From Candidatus Nomurabacteria bacterium (GTDB lineage Bacteria; Patescibacteriota; WWE3; UBA101185; UBA10185): DNA of 64,000 nucleotides. This document shows positions 1-11,334 of this stretch, piece after piece. Below the pieces are notes generated by a model. That model saw only the letters and a list, made by a program, of their open reading frames with translations, searched no databases and was not told the DNA's origin. The stretch is taken from the NCBI GenBank assembly GCA_020631855.1, contig JACKGU010000001.1, positions 295,601 through 359,600 on the forward strand, written 5' to 3'. How positions within the stretch are numbered: position 1 is the stretch's first letter; each line of letters begins with the position of its first letter. Both the position numbers and the translations under genes were made by a program.

Positions 1-209
1 TTCTCACTTAAATCGAGATTGTGTCTGGCATTAGCAACTGCGGAATCAAGCACTTTTAGTATTAAAGTCGAAGCATTTGTTCGATTAAACATTAGTACTC
101 TTTTTGCCTCAGCTACGTTTTTGCCCCTTATCAGTGCTAAGACGGGATTCACCTTCTTAACAGATGACTTAGCGTATTTATGTTTTGCATAGACTATTGC
201 GTTACTCAT
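1..209 (-). CDS. rplV: 50S ribosomal protein L22, 5' portion (3' end lies beyond the window start)
   Basis: RC of 1-209 translates MSNAIVYAKHKYAKSSVKKVNPVLALIRGKNVAEAKRVLMFNRTNASTLILKVLDSAVANARHNLDL..., matching the L22 N-terminus pattern (..HRHARSS..K.R.V.DLIRGK.V..A..IL...). ATG at 207-209 lies 2 nt from the rpsS stop. Absent from the ORF track because it is truncated. Confidence 0.8.
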   Translation of the reverse strand, partial: MSNAIVYAKHKYAKSSVKKVNPVLALIRGKNVAEAKRVLMFNRTNASTLILKVLDSAVANARHNLDLSE

Positions 210-211
210 TT

Positions 212-481
212 TTATTTCTTCTTCTTAGAGGAATGCCCTCTAAATGTCCTTGTAGGCGAAAATTCGCCCAACTTATGCCCCACCATTGCTTCCGAAATGG
301 ACACTTCAATGTGCTTTTTGCCATTGTGTACTGCTATAACCATGCCTACCATCTCAGGTGTTATAGTTGACGCTCGTGCCCATGTAATTATAGGGCCCTT
401 TTTACCGGCCGCTTTTATTTTAGCGACTTTTTCCATTAGTTTTTGGTCAACGTAAGGACCTTTTTTAAGCGATCTTGACAT
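212..481 (-). CDS. rpsS: 30S ribosomal protein S19
   Basis: 89 aa, [15 protein letters not shown]...HNGKKHIEV...[16 protein letters not shown], typical S19. Sits between rplB and rplV as in the S10 operon. Confidence 0.95.
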   Translation of the reverse strand: MSRSLKKGPYVDQKLMEKVAKIKAAGKKGPIITWARASTITPEMVGMVIAVHNGKKHIEVSISEAMVGHKLGEFSPTRTFRGHSSKKKK

Positions 482-1314
482 TATTTACCCTTTCTCTTTC
501 TTGGTCGAGCTGTTACTACAAACTTATTAGTGTGTGTACGGCTACGTGTCTTAAACCCTCTTGTAGGTTTTCCCCAAGGAGTCTTTGGATGACCTGTACC
601 GTTATCTCTGTAAGAACCTGCATGTGGGTGGTCTTTTGGATTCGACATAGCGACACCTCGTACATGTGGTCTTCTACCCAAATGTCTCATTTTACCTGCT
701 TTTCCTAGTCTTGCAAGTCTATGGTCAGCATTCCCGAGGGTTCCTATTGTAGCATAGCATTTTGCAGCAACTTTTTTAACCTCTCCACTAGGGAGTTTAA
801 CGTTTACGAAATTTCCTTCTTTGGCCAAAACAACAGCGCTGTTACCTGCGCCCCTTACCATCTGTGCACCTTTTCCCGGGTTTAGCTCAATATTATGTAT
901 AGGCATACCTGCAGGAATGTTACTTAACGGTAAGCTATTTCCAACCTGAGCTTTTGCATCTTCCCCTACCTCAACGACCATCCCGACTTCTAAACCTTCG
1001 GGTGCCAAAATATAAGACTTCTCCCCATCTGCATAGTGTAAAAGGGCTAAATCGGGCCCTCGGTTCGGATCATATTCGATTGCGGCCACTTTTGCAGGAA
1101 TGCCGAATTTTATTCTTTTAAATTCTATTATTCTGTAATGCTTTTTTGCGCCTCTTTCTCTGAAGCGACTTGTAACAGTGCCTTTACTACGTCCAACATG
1201 GCCTTTTATTGATTTCGTTAATCTTTTTTCAGGCTTTGATTTAGTTATATTACTCTTTACGAGTGTTTTTCTTGTCCTAATTCCCGGACTTGTAGGCTTA
1301 TATTTTTTTAGCAT
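481..1314 (-). CDS. rplB: 50S ribosomal protein L2
   Basis: 277 aa, conserved L2 motifs (GRNxxGxITxRHRGGGHKR-like '[21 protein letters not shown]', '[16 protein letters not shown]...WGKPTRG'). Stop overlaps the rpsS start by 1 nt. Confidence 0.95.
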   Translation of the reverse strand: MLKKYKPTSPGIRTRKTLVKSNITKSKPEKRLTKSIKGHVGRSKGTVTSRFRERGAKKHYRIIEFKRIKFGIPAKVAAIEYDPNRGPDLALLHYADGEKSYILAPEGLEVGMVVEVGEDAKAQVGNSLPLSNIPAGMPIHNIELNPGKGAQMVRGAGNSAVVLAKEGNFVNVKLPSGEVKKVAAKCYATIGTLGNADHRLARLGKAGKMRHLGRRPHVRGVAMSNPKDHPHAGSYRDNGTGHPKTPWGKPTRGFKTRSRTHTNKFVVTARPRKRKGK

Positions 1315-1315
1315 T

Positions 1316-1609
1316 TTACTTCGTCTCCTCCGTCAGTTTTATCTTTTGCCCTTTTTTAATCTCGATTACCGCTTTCTTCCACTTTGGGGTTTTGGTAAAT
1401 CTTCTGGATTTCAGTATTCTTCTCTTTTTTCCGGGCATAATATATGTTTTTACATCCAAAACTTCAACACCAAACATTTTTGCCGCCACTTCAGCAATTG
1501 CACCTTTGGAGGCTTTCACACCCACTTCGAAAGTGTATTTGTTCTGCCCCTCGGCTTGTACAGACTTTTCGGTTATTATCGGTTTTTTAATTATTTCGTT
1601 TAACTTCAT
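1316..1609 (-). CDS. rplW: 50S ribosomal protein L23
   Basis: 97 aa, basic; position between rplD and rplB; L23-like 'ITEKS...KYTFEV...A.K..I'. Confidence 0.9.
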   Translation of the reverse strand: MKLNEIIKKPIITEKSVQAEGQNKYTFEVGVKASKGAIAEVAAKMFGVEVLDVKTYIMPGKKRRILKSRRFTKTPKWKKAVIEIKKGQKIKLTEETK

Positions 1610-2259
1610 TATTTAAATCTCCCTTTGTATTTTGTCTGTATTATATCAACGGCCTTTTTTGTAAAAATAACTTTGTGGGCATTCATAAGTTCATAAGCAT
1701 TAACATTTTGTACCAAAGCAGTATGAACCCAAGGAATATTGGCGACACTCTTTCTCACATTCATATCATTATCATCTAGTATTATTAAGGATCTTCTTGA
1801 GTCTAAACCGGCAGCCTTCATCATTGCTGCAAATTTAGAAGTACTTGGCTCTGCTGCCTTTAGCGTATCCACAACAAAAACGTTATCCTTAGACACCTTC
1901 AAAGATAGTGCGCTTAGAAGTGCTAAAGATTTCATCTTCTTTGTAAGTTTTAAGCTCCACGATTTTGGCTTAGGTCCGTGCACAATTCCACCTTTTCTCC
2001 ATAGAGGGCTTCTGATAGACCCGACTCTAGCGCGTCCCGTACCTTTTTGACGCCAAGGCTTTCGACCAGCCCCGGATACTTCAGCTCTGGTTTTAGTTGA
2101 TGAAGTTCCCTGTCGCATATTATGCAAAAAGACTCTTACATACTGTTTTAAAGTCTCTATACGAGGCTCAAGTTTAAACACAGAAGTATCAAGATCCATT
2201 TTCTCTAAAACTTCACCCTTTGTATTAATTACATTAATTTGCATTCTGTACCTCCTCAA
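1609..2259 (-). CDS. rplD: 50S ribosomal protein L4
   Basis: 216 aa, L4 signature 'RKPWRQKGTGRAR.GS.RSP.W..GG...GP'. The true start may be Met6 (about 2244). Overlaps the rplC 3' end by 11-26 nt. Confidence 0.9.
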   Translation of the reverse strand: MRRYRMQINVINTKGEVLEKMDLDTSVFKLEPRIETLKQYVRVFLHNMRQGTSSTKTRAEVSGAGRKPWRQKGTGRARVGSIRSPLWRKGGIVHGPKPKSWSLKLTKKMKSLALLSALSLKVSKDNVFVVDTLKAAEPSTSKFAAMMKAAGLDSRRSLIILDDNDMNVRKSVANIPWVHTALVQNVNAYELMNAHKVIFTKKAVDIIQTKYKGRFK

Positions 2260-2719
2260 CGACTGTTCCTTGTTGCGGTAAATCTATGTAAATCGTTATA
2301 TCTGCGTTTCTCGCTCCCGGAACCGGGCCCGTTAAAGCTATGATTTTGGTTTCATTATTAATATCAACAATTCGCAGGCCTTTCAAAGTAACCTGCTTGT
2401 TGCCTTGGTTTCCGGCCATCTTCTTACCCTTAAAAACCTTGCTTGGTGTCTGAGCTCCAATAGAGCCGCCGGATCTTGCCTTGTCTGACTGACCTCGGGT
2501 AGCCTGGGCACCTTTAAAATTCCATTTTTTCATAACTCCTGTAAATCCTTTACCTTTGGAGATGCTGGAAATTACAACTTCATTATTTAAAACCGAGCTG
2601 TCTAAAGCAGACTCCAACGAAACATACGTAACGGGAATAACTTTACCTTCAGGTGTAAATACCTGACTCATGTTAAGTTTCTTACCTTTTAATTTGTTCC
2701 AATTCTTATAGTCTTGCAT
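2234..2719 (-). CDS. rplC: 50S ribosomal protein L3 (short form)
   Basis: 161 aa; N-terminus 'KGKKLNMSQVFTPEGKVIPVTYVSL' matches the L3 consensus 'LGKKLGMTQIFTEDGKVIPVTVIEV'; 'GKGFTGVMKKWNFKG..ATRGQSDKARSGGSIGA' is conserved. Confidence 0.85.
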   Translation of the reverse strand: MQDYKNWNKLKGKKLNMSQVFTPEGKVIPVTYVSLESALDSSVLNNEVVISSISKGKGFTGVMKKWNFKGAQATRGQSDKARSGGSIGAQTPSKVFKGKKMAGNQGNKQVTLKGLRIVDINNETKIIALTGPVPGARNADITIYIDLPQQGTVVEEVQNAN

Positions 2720-2820
2720 TTTATCTCGCTAACTTCGCTTATTACTAAGCATTGGCTCTAAGCTCTATTTTAAACTTTTCAGTTTGTTTTTAGTAATAAA
2801 TGCCGAGCTAAAAGCATTTA

Positions 2821-2843
2821 TATTATTTAAATAAAAAAAGCCC
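2821..2843 (-). terminator. Intrinsic terminator between rpsJ and rplC (minus strand: AGCCC-UUUA-GGGCU followed by U7)
   Basis: Plus strand 2823-2829 A7, then GCCCTAAAGGGC at 2830-2841. On the transcribed (minus) strand this is a 5-6 bp GC stem followed by seven U. It lies in a 220-nt spacer inside what is normally a contiguous S10 operon. Confidence 0.6.
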
Positions 2844-2940
2844 TAAAGGGCTCCTAATACTTTATATTATTTGCCCTGTTATGTAAACCTTTTTATTAAA
2901 ATCAACATTTTTTATTTTGCGCAGTAGGCGCATTTGGCAG

Positions 2941-3264
2941 CTACATTTTAATAGAAATACCTACACCTGCCGGTAAGCTAAGGTTTGATAAGGTTTCTAT
3001 TGTTGCAGCTGTTGGATTGACTACATCCAACACTCTCTTGTGAGTTCTAAGTTCAAACTGCTCTCGAGACCTTTTATCTATGTGGGGGCCTCTTATTACA
3101 GTGTATCGTTCTGTTTTTGTTGGCAAAGGAACAGGTCCTACTATCGACGCTCCGGTTCGAACCGTTGCATCGGCAATTTTTTGGCAACTCAAATCAATGA
3201 TTCTGCTATCGTATGCCTTTAGTTTTATTCTAATTTTTATGTCTTTTTTTTCTGTTTTTGCCAT
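2941..3264 (-). CDS. rpsJ: 30S ribosomal protein S10
   Basis: 107 aa, 'IRIKLKAYD...LD.S...I......GA...GP.PLPT' is typical S10. Directly downstream of tuf. Confidence 0.95.
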   Translation of the reverse strand: MAKTEKKDIKIRIKLKAYDSRIIDLSCQKIADATVRTGASIVGPVPLPTKTERYTVIRGPHIDKRSREQFELRTHKRVLDVVNPTAATIETLSNLSLPAGVGISIKM

Positions 3265-3276
3265 TTTTTCTGGGGA

Positions 3277-3297
3277 GGGGCGCCTGAATGGCGCCCC
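3277..3297 (-). promoter_or_regulatory. GC-rich stem-loop (GGGGCGCC-ugaau-GGCGCCCC) between tuf and rpsJ
   Basis: Perfect 8-bp all-GC stem in an AT-rich spacer, with no adjacent U-tract. Likely an RNA processing, stability or partial-termination element. Confidence 0.4.
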
Positions 3298-3310
3298 TCA
3301 TTAAATAATC

Positions 3311-4489
3311 TTAAGCAAGCACCTTTGTAATAACTCCGGCTCCTACTGTGTGACCGCCTTCTCTAATTGCGAATTTTAGGCCTTCTTCTAATGCTACAGG
3401 TGTAATAAGCTTAACTTTTATGTTTGTGCTGTCACCCGGCATTATCATCTCAACACCTTCGGTTAAAGTGATTTCTCCGGTTACATCTGTTGTTCTAAGA
3501 TAAAATTGAGGCCTATATCCTGCAAAGAATGGCTTGTGTCTTCCGCCCTCTTCTTTTGACAGAACATATATTTCAGCTTCGAATTCGGTGTGAGGTGTAA
3601 CAGAACCTGCCTTGGCAAGTACTTGTCCTCTTTCTATATCTTCTCGACCAATACCTCTAAGAAGAATTCCGACGTTGTCTCCAGCCTGACCCTCCTGCAT
3701 TGATTTTTTGAACATTTCAACACCGGTTACTGTGGTCTTTCTAGTGTCTTTTATACCAACGATTTCGATTTCTTCTCCTACTTTAACGACACCTCTCTCG
3801 ATTCTTCCCGTTGAAACGGTACCTCTACCTGAAATAGAGAATACGTCTTCAACTGGCATCAAGAATGGCTTGTCAAGGTCTCTCTTAGGAGTTGGGATAT
3901 AACTGTCTACAGCGTCCATTAATTTAACAATTGACTCTGCGGCTTCAGCATCGCCTTCTAGAGCCTTTAATGCTGAACCTCTTATTACAGGGATCTCTTC
4001 TCCCGGGAAACCATACTTTGTTAGAAGCTCTCTAACTTCAAGTTCCACCAGATCTAAGAGCTCTGCGTCTTGAACCATGTCTGTTTTATTCATGAACACT
4101 ACTATTGCAGGAACGTTAACCTGTCTTGCAAGAAGTATGTGTTCTCTAGTTTGAGGCATCGGTCCATCAGGTGCAGAAACAACCAAAATAGCCCCGTCCA
4201 ACTGTGCAGCACCGGTAATCATGTTCTTGATGTAGTCGGCGTGACCCGGACAGTCAATATGAGCGTAGTGCCTTGCGGCGGTCTCGTACTCAACGTGGGT
4301 AATATTTATGGTAATACCTCTTGCTCTCTCTTCAGGAGCTTTGTCTATATCTTCAAATTTTTTAAAGTCTGCCATACCTTTGTCTGATAAGACTTTTGTA
4401 ATAGCAGCAGTAAGTGTTGTCTTTCCATGATCGACGTGACCGATGGTACCGACATTGGCATGTGGTTTATTTCTAATAAAATCTGCCAT
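3311..4489 (-). CDS. tuf: Elongation factor Tu
   Basis: 392 aa; [22 protein letters not shown] motifs. Confidence 0.97.
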   Translation of the reverse strand: MADFIRNKPHANVGTIGHVDHGKTTLTAAITKVLSDKGMADFKKFEDIDKAPEERARGITINITHVEYETAARHYAHIDCPGHADYIKNMITGAAQLDGAILVVSAPDGPMPQTREHILLARQVNVPAIVVFMNKTDMVQDAELLDLVELEVRELLTKYGFPGEEIPVIRGSALKALEGDAEAAESIVKLMDAVDSYIPTPKRDLDKPFLMPVEDVFSISGRGTVSTGRIERGVVKVGEEIEIVGIKDTRKTTVTGVEMFKKSMQEGQAGDNVGILLRGIGREDIERGQVLAKAGSVTPHTEFEAEIYVLSKEEGGRHKPFFAGYRPQFYLRTTDVTGEITLTEGVEMIMPGDSTNIKVKLITPVALEEGLKFAIREGGHTVGAGVITKVLA

Positions 4490-4637
4490 TTTTGGCCTTT
4501 CTTTATATCTTCAACGGCTTGAACGTAATTTCAAACCCTAAAGACATAAACAATTCTATACTACTTGTTCTTAAAGCAACTAACAGTTAACCAAATAATC
4601 ACGAGAAAATCAAGCCTTTGGGCATAAAACAAAAAAC

Positions 4638-6728
4638 CTACCTATGACTTGAAATGTTTTCAGCAATGTTTGCGGGAACTTCTTCGTAGTGACTTGGCTC
4701 CATTGTAAAAGATGCTCGTCCTTGAGTCATGCCTCGAAGATCGGTCGCGTAACCAAACATTTCGGCAAGGGGAACCTTAGCTCTTACAACTGTTGCTTTT
4801 CCTCGTGTTTCAGTACCTTCTATCTTTCCTCGCTTTGAAGAAAGATTTCCTATGACATCGCCCATAAACTCATCGGGAGTGATTACTTCAACTTTCATGA
4901 TAGGCTCAAGAAGATAAGGCTTAGCCGCCCTCTGCGCCATTTTAAATGCTTCAGATGCCGCTATCTTGAAGGCTATTTCTGAAGAGTCAACTTCGTGGTA
5001 CGAACCATCAGTAAGTGTAACAGATACGTCTACAACCGGATAACCTGCAACTACCCCTGCCTCTGTAGCTTCTCTTATTCCCTTTTCTACAGCAGGAACG
5101 TATTCTTTGGGTATAGAACCTCCAACAATCTTATCGTGGAACTCTATGCCTTTTCCGGGTTCGAGAGGTGCCACAGTTATTACAACATGCCCGTACTGAC
5201 CGCGACCCCCTGACTGTCTTATATACTTGTTTTCTTTTTCAACTGTATCTTTAATAGATTCTCTGTATGCTACCTGTGGTCTGCCGGTGTTTACTTCAAC
5301 CTTAAATTCTCTTTTCATTCTATCTACAATAATTTCTAAATGAAGCTCGCCCATTCCATATAAAACTGTTTCACCGGTTTCAACGTCAGATTTCACCTTC
5401 AATGTAGGATCTTCTTCTAAGAATTTTTTAAGAGCTACGCCCATCTTATCTCGGTCGGTTTTTGTTTTTGGCTCTATCATGAGCCCTATAACAGGCTCTG
5501 CGAAATCAATTGATTCTAAAACAACAGGCCTGCCTTCGTCACAAAGAGTGTCTCCAGTGGTGGTCTCACTTAATCCCACTGCAGCTGCGATTTCTCCTGC
5601 AGAAATTTCTTTGATTTCTTCACGATGGTTTGCATGCATTAATAAAATTCGGCTTAATCTTTCTTTTTTGTCTTTTGTGGAGTTGTACAAATATGAGCCG
5701 GATGTTATTTTTCCAGAGTAAACTCTGAAGTAAGTGAGTCTTCCAACAAAAGGGTCGGTCTGAATCTTAAATGCAAGGGCTGTAAAAGGCTCATTCTCAT
5801 CTGTAAGTAATGTAACTTCTTGGTTATTTTTTGTGTTTACACAAACTATATCAGGAGTGTCTTGGGGAGAAGGTAAATATGCGGTTACACCATCTAAAAG
5901 CTTTTGAACCCCAACGTTTCCTAGCGCAGATCCGCAGAACACAGGATACAACTTAGCTTTTATTGTTAGTTTTCGAATGCCTGCCTTTATTTCTTCTGGT
6001 GTAAATTCATCTCCATTTAAGAACCTTTCAAGCATTGCATCGTCTGCCTCAGCAACCTTTTCAATTAACATGGCTCTAAACTCTTTTACTTTTTCTTTAT
6101 AATCTTCGGGAATCGGAATCTCAGAAACCTCTTCACCAAATTTTCCTGCAAAAGAATAGGCTTTCTGCTCTACTAAATCTATTACTGAGTGCATGTCATT
6201 TTCTATACCAATTGGAATCTGTACGGGAACTGCATCTTTTGACAAACGATCATGAATCGAGTTAAGAGACATGTAGAAATCGCCGCCAACTTTATCCAAT
6301 TTGTTAATGAAACATAAAAGAGGAACGTGATATTTTTCGGATTGTCGCCAAACTGTTTCACTTTGAGGTTCAACGCCCTGGGATCCGTCAAATACAACTA
6401 CTCCGCCATCCAAAACTCTTAATGATCTTTCAACTTCAGCAGTGAAATCTACGTGCCCCGGAGTATCAATAATATTAATTCTAAAATCACTCCAGAAACA
6501 AGTAGTAGCGGCAGATGTAATAGTTATGCCCCGCTCGCGCTCCTGCGCCATCCAGTCCATTTGTGCGGCGCCTTCGTGAACCTCGCCGATTTTGTGGGAT
6601 CTCCCTGTGTAGTAAAGAACACGCTCGGTTAGGGTTGTTTTACCGGCATCTACGTGGGCAATAATACCTATGTTTCTAATTTTATCTAGGGTATATTTTT
6701 TATCGGCATTTGCTTTGGACATAAACAA
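4638..6728 (-). CDS. fusA: Elongation factor G
   Basis: 696 aa; [21 protein letters not shown] motifs; domain IV/V conserved. Confidence 0.97.
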   Translation of the reverse strand: MFMSKANADKKYTLDKIRNIGIIAHVDAGKTTLTERVLYYTGRSHKIGEVHEGAAQMDWMAQERERGITITSAATTCFWSDFRINIIDTPGHVDFTAEVERSLRVLDGGVVVFDGSQGVEPQSETVWRQSEKYHVPLLCFINKLDKVGGDFYMSLNSIHDRLSKDAVPVQIPIGIENDMHSVIDLVEQKAYSFAGKFGEEVSEIPIPEDYKEKVKEFRAMLIEKVAEADDAMLERFLNGDEFTPEEIKAGIRKLTIKAKLYPVFCGSALGNVGVQKLLDGVTAYLPSPQDTPDIVCVNTKNNQEVTLLTDENEPFTALAFKIQTDPFVGRLTYFRVYSGKITSGSYLYNSTKDKKERLSRILLMHANHREEIKEISAGEIAAAVGLSETTTGDTLCDEGRPVVLESIDFAEPVIGLMIEPKTKTDRDKMGVALKKFLEEDPTLKVKSDVETGETVLYGMGELHLEIIVDRMKREFKVEVNTGRPQVAYRESIKDTVEKENKYIRQSGGRGQYGHVVITVAPLEPGKGIEFHDKIVGGSIPKEYVPAVEKGIREATEAGVVAGYPVVDVSVTLTDGSYHEVDSSEIAFKIAASEAFKMAQRAAKPYLLEPIMKVEVITPDEFMGDVIGNLSSKRGKIEGTETRGKATVVRAKVPLAEMFGYATDLRGMTQGRASFTMEPSHYEEVPANIAENISSHR

Positions 6729-7193
6729 TTAGAACCTAAAATGCGCAAAAGCTCTATTTGCTTCAGCCATTTTATGAGTGTCATCTCTCTTTTTAACAGA
6801 ATCACCTATACCCTCGTAAGCGTTCTTAATTTCTACATATAATTTTTCTTCCATGGGCTTACCGTGCTTGGTTCTTGCAGATCTTACAATCCAGCGTAAA
6901 GCTAAAGCTTCAGCCCTTGTATGTTTAACGGGCATAGGAACCTGGTATGTCGCCCCACCTATTCTTCGAGATCTAACCTCTTGTTTTGGCATTACTACCT
7001 TAACGGCTTCTTCAAACATTGCGAGCCCTTCTTTTCGATCTTCAGCTAACTTTTCCAATGCTCCATAAACAACCTTTTCGGCGGTGGACTTTTCACCATC
7101 TAACATAACAATATTAATAAAACGTGCAACGACTCTTGATTTGTATAAAGGATCTGGGGTTGTTATTCTTTTTTTTGCTTTTTTAGATCTCAT
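6729..7193 (-). CDS. rpsG: 30S ribosomal protein S7
   Basis: 154 aa, S7-like 'MRSKKAKKRITTPDPLYKSRVVARFIN'. Abuts the fusA start. Confidence 0.95.
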   Translation of the reverse strand: MRSKKAKKRITTPDPLYKSRVVARFINIVMLDGEKSTAEKVVYGALEKLAEDRKEGLAMFEEAVKVVMPKQEVRSRRIGGATYQVPMPVKHTRAEALALRWIVRSARTKHGKPMEEKLYVEIKNAYEGIGDSVKKRDDTHKMAEANRAFAHFRF

Positions 7194-7207
7194 TAACTAT
7201 ATTCTCC

Positions 7208-7624
7208 TTAGTTAGCCTTTGGCTTTTTAGTACCGTAAATTGACCTTGATGATTTTCGCTTTTGAACTCCCTGTAAATCGTATTTTCCTCTCACAATTGT
7301 GTATTTAATACCGGGCAAGTCTTTAACTCTTCCGCCTCTAACTAACACAACAGAGTGTTCCTGCAAATTATGACCTTCTCCTGGAATATAAGCAGTTATT
7401 TCCTTTTTATTTGTGAGTCTTACCCTAGCAACTTTTCTCAAAGCCGAGTTTGGCTTTCTTGGTGTTTGCGTTTTAACTTGAATACAAACTCCTCGTTTAA
7501 AAGGGCCATTTAAATTTTTGAAGACTCTCTTTTTCGTGTTAAACATCAAAGACAAAGCAGGTGTACTGGCTTTTCTAACAGCCGTCTTTCTACCTTTTCT
7601 TACTAATTGATTAATTGTTGGCAT
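7208..7624 (-). CDS. rpsL: 30S ribosomal protein S12
   Basis: 138 aa, '[13 protein letters not shown]...[41 protein letters not shown]' is classical S12. Confidence 0.95.
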   Translation of the reverse strand: MPTINQLVRKGRKTAVRKASTPALSLMFNTKKRVFKNLNGPFKRGVCIQVKTQTPRKPNSALRKVARVRLTNKKEITAYIPGEGHNLQEHSVVLVRGGRVKDLPGIKYTIVRGKYDLQGVQKRKSSRSIYGTKKPKAN

Positions 7625-7660
7625 AACTTTCTTTCTTTATTCCATCTATCATAAACTCAA

Positions 7661-10600
7661 TTACTCTATCTCCGCCCGTTCGCCGGTTGGGATTAATCTA
7701 CCAATAATAACATTTTCTTTCAATCCCTGGAGCATATCGACTTTACCAGACGAGGCGGCATCGGTCAACACTTGGCTTGTCTGAATAAAAGCCGCGGCAG
7801 ATAAGAAACTGTCTGTATTGAGAGAGGCTTTTGTAATACCAAGAAGTGTGACTCTTGCAGTAGCAGGAGTTCCGCCCTCAGCTATAACCCTTTCGTTCTC
7901 CTCAATAAAGGTATCTTTTGTTGCTATATCGGTCGGCAAAAATGAAGTATCTCCCGCATCCTCAACCTTAACGTGGCCAAACATCTGCTTAACTATAACT
8001 TCAATATGCTTATCGTTCAAAGGCACTCCCTGACTTGCATAAACATTTTGAATTTCACTTAAGATATATTCTTTTGTCTTTGCTACACCCACAGTACTTA
8101 ACAAGTCCGCTAGATCAAGATGACCTTCGGTAAGCTTGTCGCCCTTGGCGACAAGCTGCCCATCCTCAACTATGATTGTTGCAATAGGATCGACAACATA
8201 CTCAACCATCTTTTGTTCCTCAGACGGATCACTTGCTTTAACAAGTATTTTTCTCTCATCTCCGGATTCAATAATAGTAACAGACCCTGTAATATCGCTC
8301 ATAACCGACAAGAATTTAGGAGCCCTGGCTTCAACTAATTCCTCTATTCTCGGCAAACCTTGAGTAATGTCTTTACCAACAACACCTCCGGTGTGGAATG
8401 TTCTCATTGTAAGCTGAGTTCCCGGCTCACCTATTGCTTGGGCTGCTGAAACTCCAACGGCCACGCCCATATCTACCAACGATTGGGTCATTATGTCGGC
8501 GCCATAACATTGTGCACAAATACCTCTGCGGGTTTCACAAGAAAGCGGCGATCTAATAACTACTGTATCTACTTTTTCGTCTTGCAATAAACGTAAATCC
8601 TCAGCTGTTAACATATGCCCACGCTCCAATAGCTTTTTATTGCCTTTCTTCACTTCTTCAGCTAAAATTCTTCCTTTAAATCTTTCCTCAAAGGAATTTA
8701 AGAGAGTCTTTTCTCCCACACGAATTGTTCTACCTGAGGTAGTTCCACAGTCATCTTGTCTAACAATAACCTCCTGGGCTACATCAACCAATTTTCTGGT
8801 CAAGTATCCTGCATCAGCAGTCTTAAGAGATTTATCAACTAGACCTTTACGAGCGCCTCTTGCACCTACGAAGTATTCCAAGGCTGACAATCCAAGCTTA
8901 TAGTTACCGAGCAAAGGCATGGTAACAATGTTTCCTGAAGCATCAAATACTAAACCTCTAATACCGGCCAATTGTGAAACTTGAGTTCTCGAAGCTCTTG
9001 TTGCTTTTGAGTTTATTAGTAATTTCAATGGGTTGCTGTCAGTCAAGTTGCCCCAGATTTTGTCATCTATCTCGGATCTTACGCCTTCCCATAAGTCTTC
9101 CGTATGTCTGTGTTTTTCACGTTCAGTAATGTATCCCATATTAAAGTTTTTATTTACCTCAAAAACTTTAGCTTTTCCTGCTTCAATTAAGGTTTCTCTT
9201 TCGGCTGGAATCGCGACATCGTCAAGTGAAACAGACTGGCCTGCCGATGTTCCGTATTTAAGACCAAAGTCTTTAAGATTGTCGATTAAATCTGCTATAT
9301 CTTGATTTGGGAGCTCATCAAAAACTTTTACTAAAATTTCTTCTACTTTACTCTTATCTACCGCCTCGTTCACAAATGCATAGTTTTCAGGCAAATACTC
9401 ATTAAATCTCAGTCTTCCCAGTGTAGTTTCAACTATTTTTCCGTTTATTCTTACCTTAATTAACTGTCTTTCGGAAATAATTGATAGAGCATCAAAGGCA
9501 TATCTTGCCTCTGCAGCAGAAGCGAATACTTTTTCGTAAAGCTCTGTACTATTATCAAGAGATGTAATGTAGTAAATACCAAACAAAACGATCTTTGCGG
9601 GAATTGAGAAAGGTTTACCGTCGGAAGGGCGTCTTAAATTAGCTATTGAAATCATCTTAGTTTTTGCTTCCTCAACTGATTGCTTTGATAAAGGAACCAA
9701 AACAGCCATTTGGTCTCCGTCAAAGTCAGCGTTATAGCCCGGGCATACGCACAAATGTAATCTAATAGCATTGCCTTCAATTAGCTTGGGATAAAATGCT
9801 TGAATACCTAACCTCCAAAGAGTTGGTTGTCTGTTCAGAAGCACTGGGTGATCTTTAACTACTTCCTCTAAGATGTCCCAGACTTCTGATACTCTTGATT
9901 CTAATACATACTTTGCACTTTTAACATTTGGGGCAATGCCTCGAGATAATAATTCTCTTAACACAAAAGGTTTAAAAAGTTCCAATGCCATTTCCTTTGG
10001 AATTCCACACTCATCCAATCTCAAAGTAGGGCCATTAACAATAACCCCTCTACCGGAGTAATCAACTCTCTTACCTAATAAGTTTTGTCTGAAACGACCC
10101 TGCTTACCTTTTAACTGGTCAGCTAAAGATTTTAAGGTCTTCTTTCCTCTTGAGGATCTCGCCTTATTTCGTTGCTTTGAAGAATCCAACAAAGCATCAA
10201 CCGATTCCTGAAGCATTCTTTTTTCATTTCTAATTATTACTTCCGGGGCTCCTAGATCCAACAATTTTTTCAATCGGTTATTTCTATTTATAACTCTTCT
10301 ATATAGATCGTTTGCGTCTGAAGTTGCGAAACGTCCGCCATCAAGCTGTACCATAGGTCTTAGTTCCGGCGGTATTACGGGCAAAACATCAATAACCATG
10401 CGCGCGGGCTGTATGCCGGCTCTTCTGAAACCCTCAACTACTTTTAATCTTTTCGATAGCTTTACTGCTTTTTGTCCCTTAGATCTCTCTAACTCAGACC
10501 TTAATGATTCGGAAAGATCGTTTAAATCAAGCTCTTCCAAAATATACTTTATGGCATCAGCTCCAATCGCAACTTCACAGAAAAGATCAATGTAATCTGC

Positions 10601-11332
10601 AAGATTAAGATATTCCATGTCTGAAAGAATTGAATGTAGCTGCAATCCTTCGATTTTCTTTTGAACTAGTGAAAAATGGCTTTCAAGATCTTTTATCGAA
10701 TCGTCGTGTTTTTCTTTAAGGACTTGCTGTTTTTGCTTAATCTTAAGTTCCGTTTCTTGTTTCGCCAAATCATTTCCCTTTTGGACACTCTTCAATTCGT
10801 CCTCAACGTCTTTTAGTGCCGAAGTTAGAGTCTTCTCTAAATAAGCTTTTTGCGCTTCTAAATCTTCTGAAATTTTTGAAATAGCCTCTGCTTTTTGATT
10901 CTTATCAATTTCAGTAATTATAAAAGATGAAAAATATATAACAGACTCAAGGCTTCTAGGAGATATATTCAACAATGTTGCCATTTTTGAAGGAATTCCC
11001 TTAAAGAACCAGACATGAACTACAGGGGAGGCCAAAGTAATATGCCCCATACGTTCTCGTCGAACTCTCGATAGAGTTACTTCTACTCCGCACTTATCGC
11101 AAATCACGCCTTTGTATCGGTAACCCTTATACTTACCGCAATAACAATGAAAATCTCGAACCGGTCCAAATATTCTTTCATCAAATAGGCCGTCGCGCTC
11201 AGGCCTAAAAGTTCTATAGTTTATAGTTTCCGGTTTGGTAATCTCGCCGTAAGACCATTCAAGAATATTTTCTTTTGATGCCAGCTCAATTTTTAATGCT
11301 TCAAAATCTTTAAGTTTGGTTAAATCTTTCAT
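7661..11332 (-). CDS. rpoC: DNA-directed RNA polymerase subunit beta'
   Basis: 1223 aa; Zn-finger 'CYCGKYKG...CDKCG', catalytic 'NADFDGDQM'. Starts 2 nt after the rpoB stop. Confidence 0.97.
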   Translation of the reverse strand: MKDLTKLKDFEALKIELASKENILEWSYGEITKPETINYRTFRPERDGLFDERIFGPVRDFHCYCGKYKGYRYKGVICDKCGVEVTLSRVRRERMGHITLASPVVHVWFFKGIPSKMATLLNISPRSLESVIYFSSFIITEIDKNQKAEAISKISEDLEAQKAYLEKTLTSALKDVEDELKSVQKGNDLAKQETELKIKQKQQVLKEKHDDSIKDLESHFSLVQKKIEGLQLHSILSDMEYLNLADYIDLFCEVAIGADAIKYILEELDLNDLSESLRSELERSKGQKAVKLSKRLKVVEGFRRAGIQPARMVIDVLPVIPPELRPMVQLDGGRFATSDANDLYRRVINRNNRLKKLLDLGAPEVIIRNEKRMLQESVDALLDSSKQRNKARSSRGKKTLKSLADQLKGKQGRFRQNLLGKRVDYSGRGVIVNGPTLRLDECGIPKEMALELFKPFVLRELLSRGIAPNVKSAKYVLESRVSEVWDILEEVVKDHPVLLNRQPTLWRLGIQAFYPKLIEGNAIRLHLCVCPGYNADFDGDQMAVLVPLSKQSVEEAKTKMISIANLRRPSDGKPFSIPAKIVLFGIYYITSLDNSTELYEKVFASAAEARYAFDALSIISERQLIKVRINGKIVETTLGRLRFNEYLPENYAFVNEAVDKSKVEEILVKVFDELPNQDIADLIDNLKDFGLKYGTSAGQSVSLDDVAIPAERETLIEAGKAKVFEVNKNFNMGYITEREKHRHTEDLWEGVRSEIDDKIWGNLTDSNPLKLLINSKATRASRTQVSQLAGIRGLVFDASGNIVTMPLLGNYKLGLSALEYFVGARGARKGLVDKSLKTADAGYLTRKLVDVAQEVIVRQDDCGTTSGRTIRVGEKTLLNSFEERFKGRILAEEVKKGNKKLLERGHMLTAEDLRLLQDEKVDTVVIRSPLSCETRRGICAQCYGADIMTQSLVDMGVAVGVSAAQAIGEPGTQLTMRTFHTGGVVGKDITQGLPRIEELVEARAPKFLSVMSDITGSVTIIESGDERKILVKASDPSEEQKMVEYVVDPIATIIVEDGQLVAKGDKLTEGHLDLADLLSTVGVAKTKEYILSEIQNVYASQGVPLNDKHIEVIVKQMFGHVKVEDAGDTSFLPTDIATKDTFIEENERVIAEGGTPATARVTLLGITKASLNTDSFLSAAAFIQTSQVLTDAASSGKVDMLQGLKENVIIGRLIPTGERAEIE

Positions 11333-11334
11333 AC

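Noticed and set aside
180-455. Plus-strand ORFs 180-455 and 185-370 (91 and 61 aa)
   Set aside because: They are antisense to rpsS and rplV, whose protein matches are unambiguous, and show no conserved motifs. Treated as shadow ORFs.
3150-3175. tRNA-like T-loop string GGTTCGAACC
   Set aside because: It is a palindrome inside the rpsJ coding sequence, with no acceptor or anticodon arms around it.
7818-10595. Multiple 60-90 aa plus-strand ORFs within the rpoC/rpoB region
   Set aside because: All are antisense to long, motif-confirmed RNA polymerase genes, so they are shadow ORFs.
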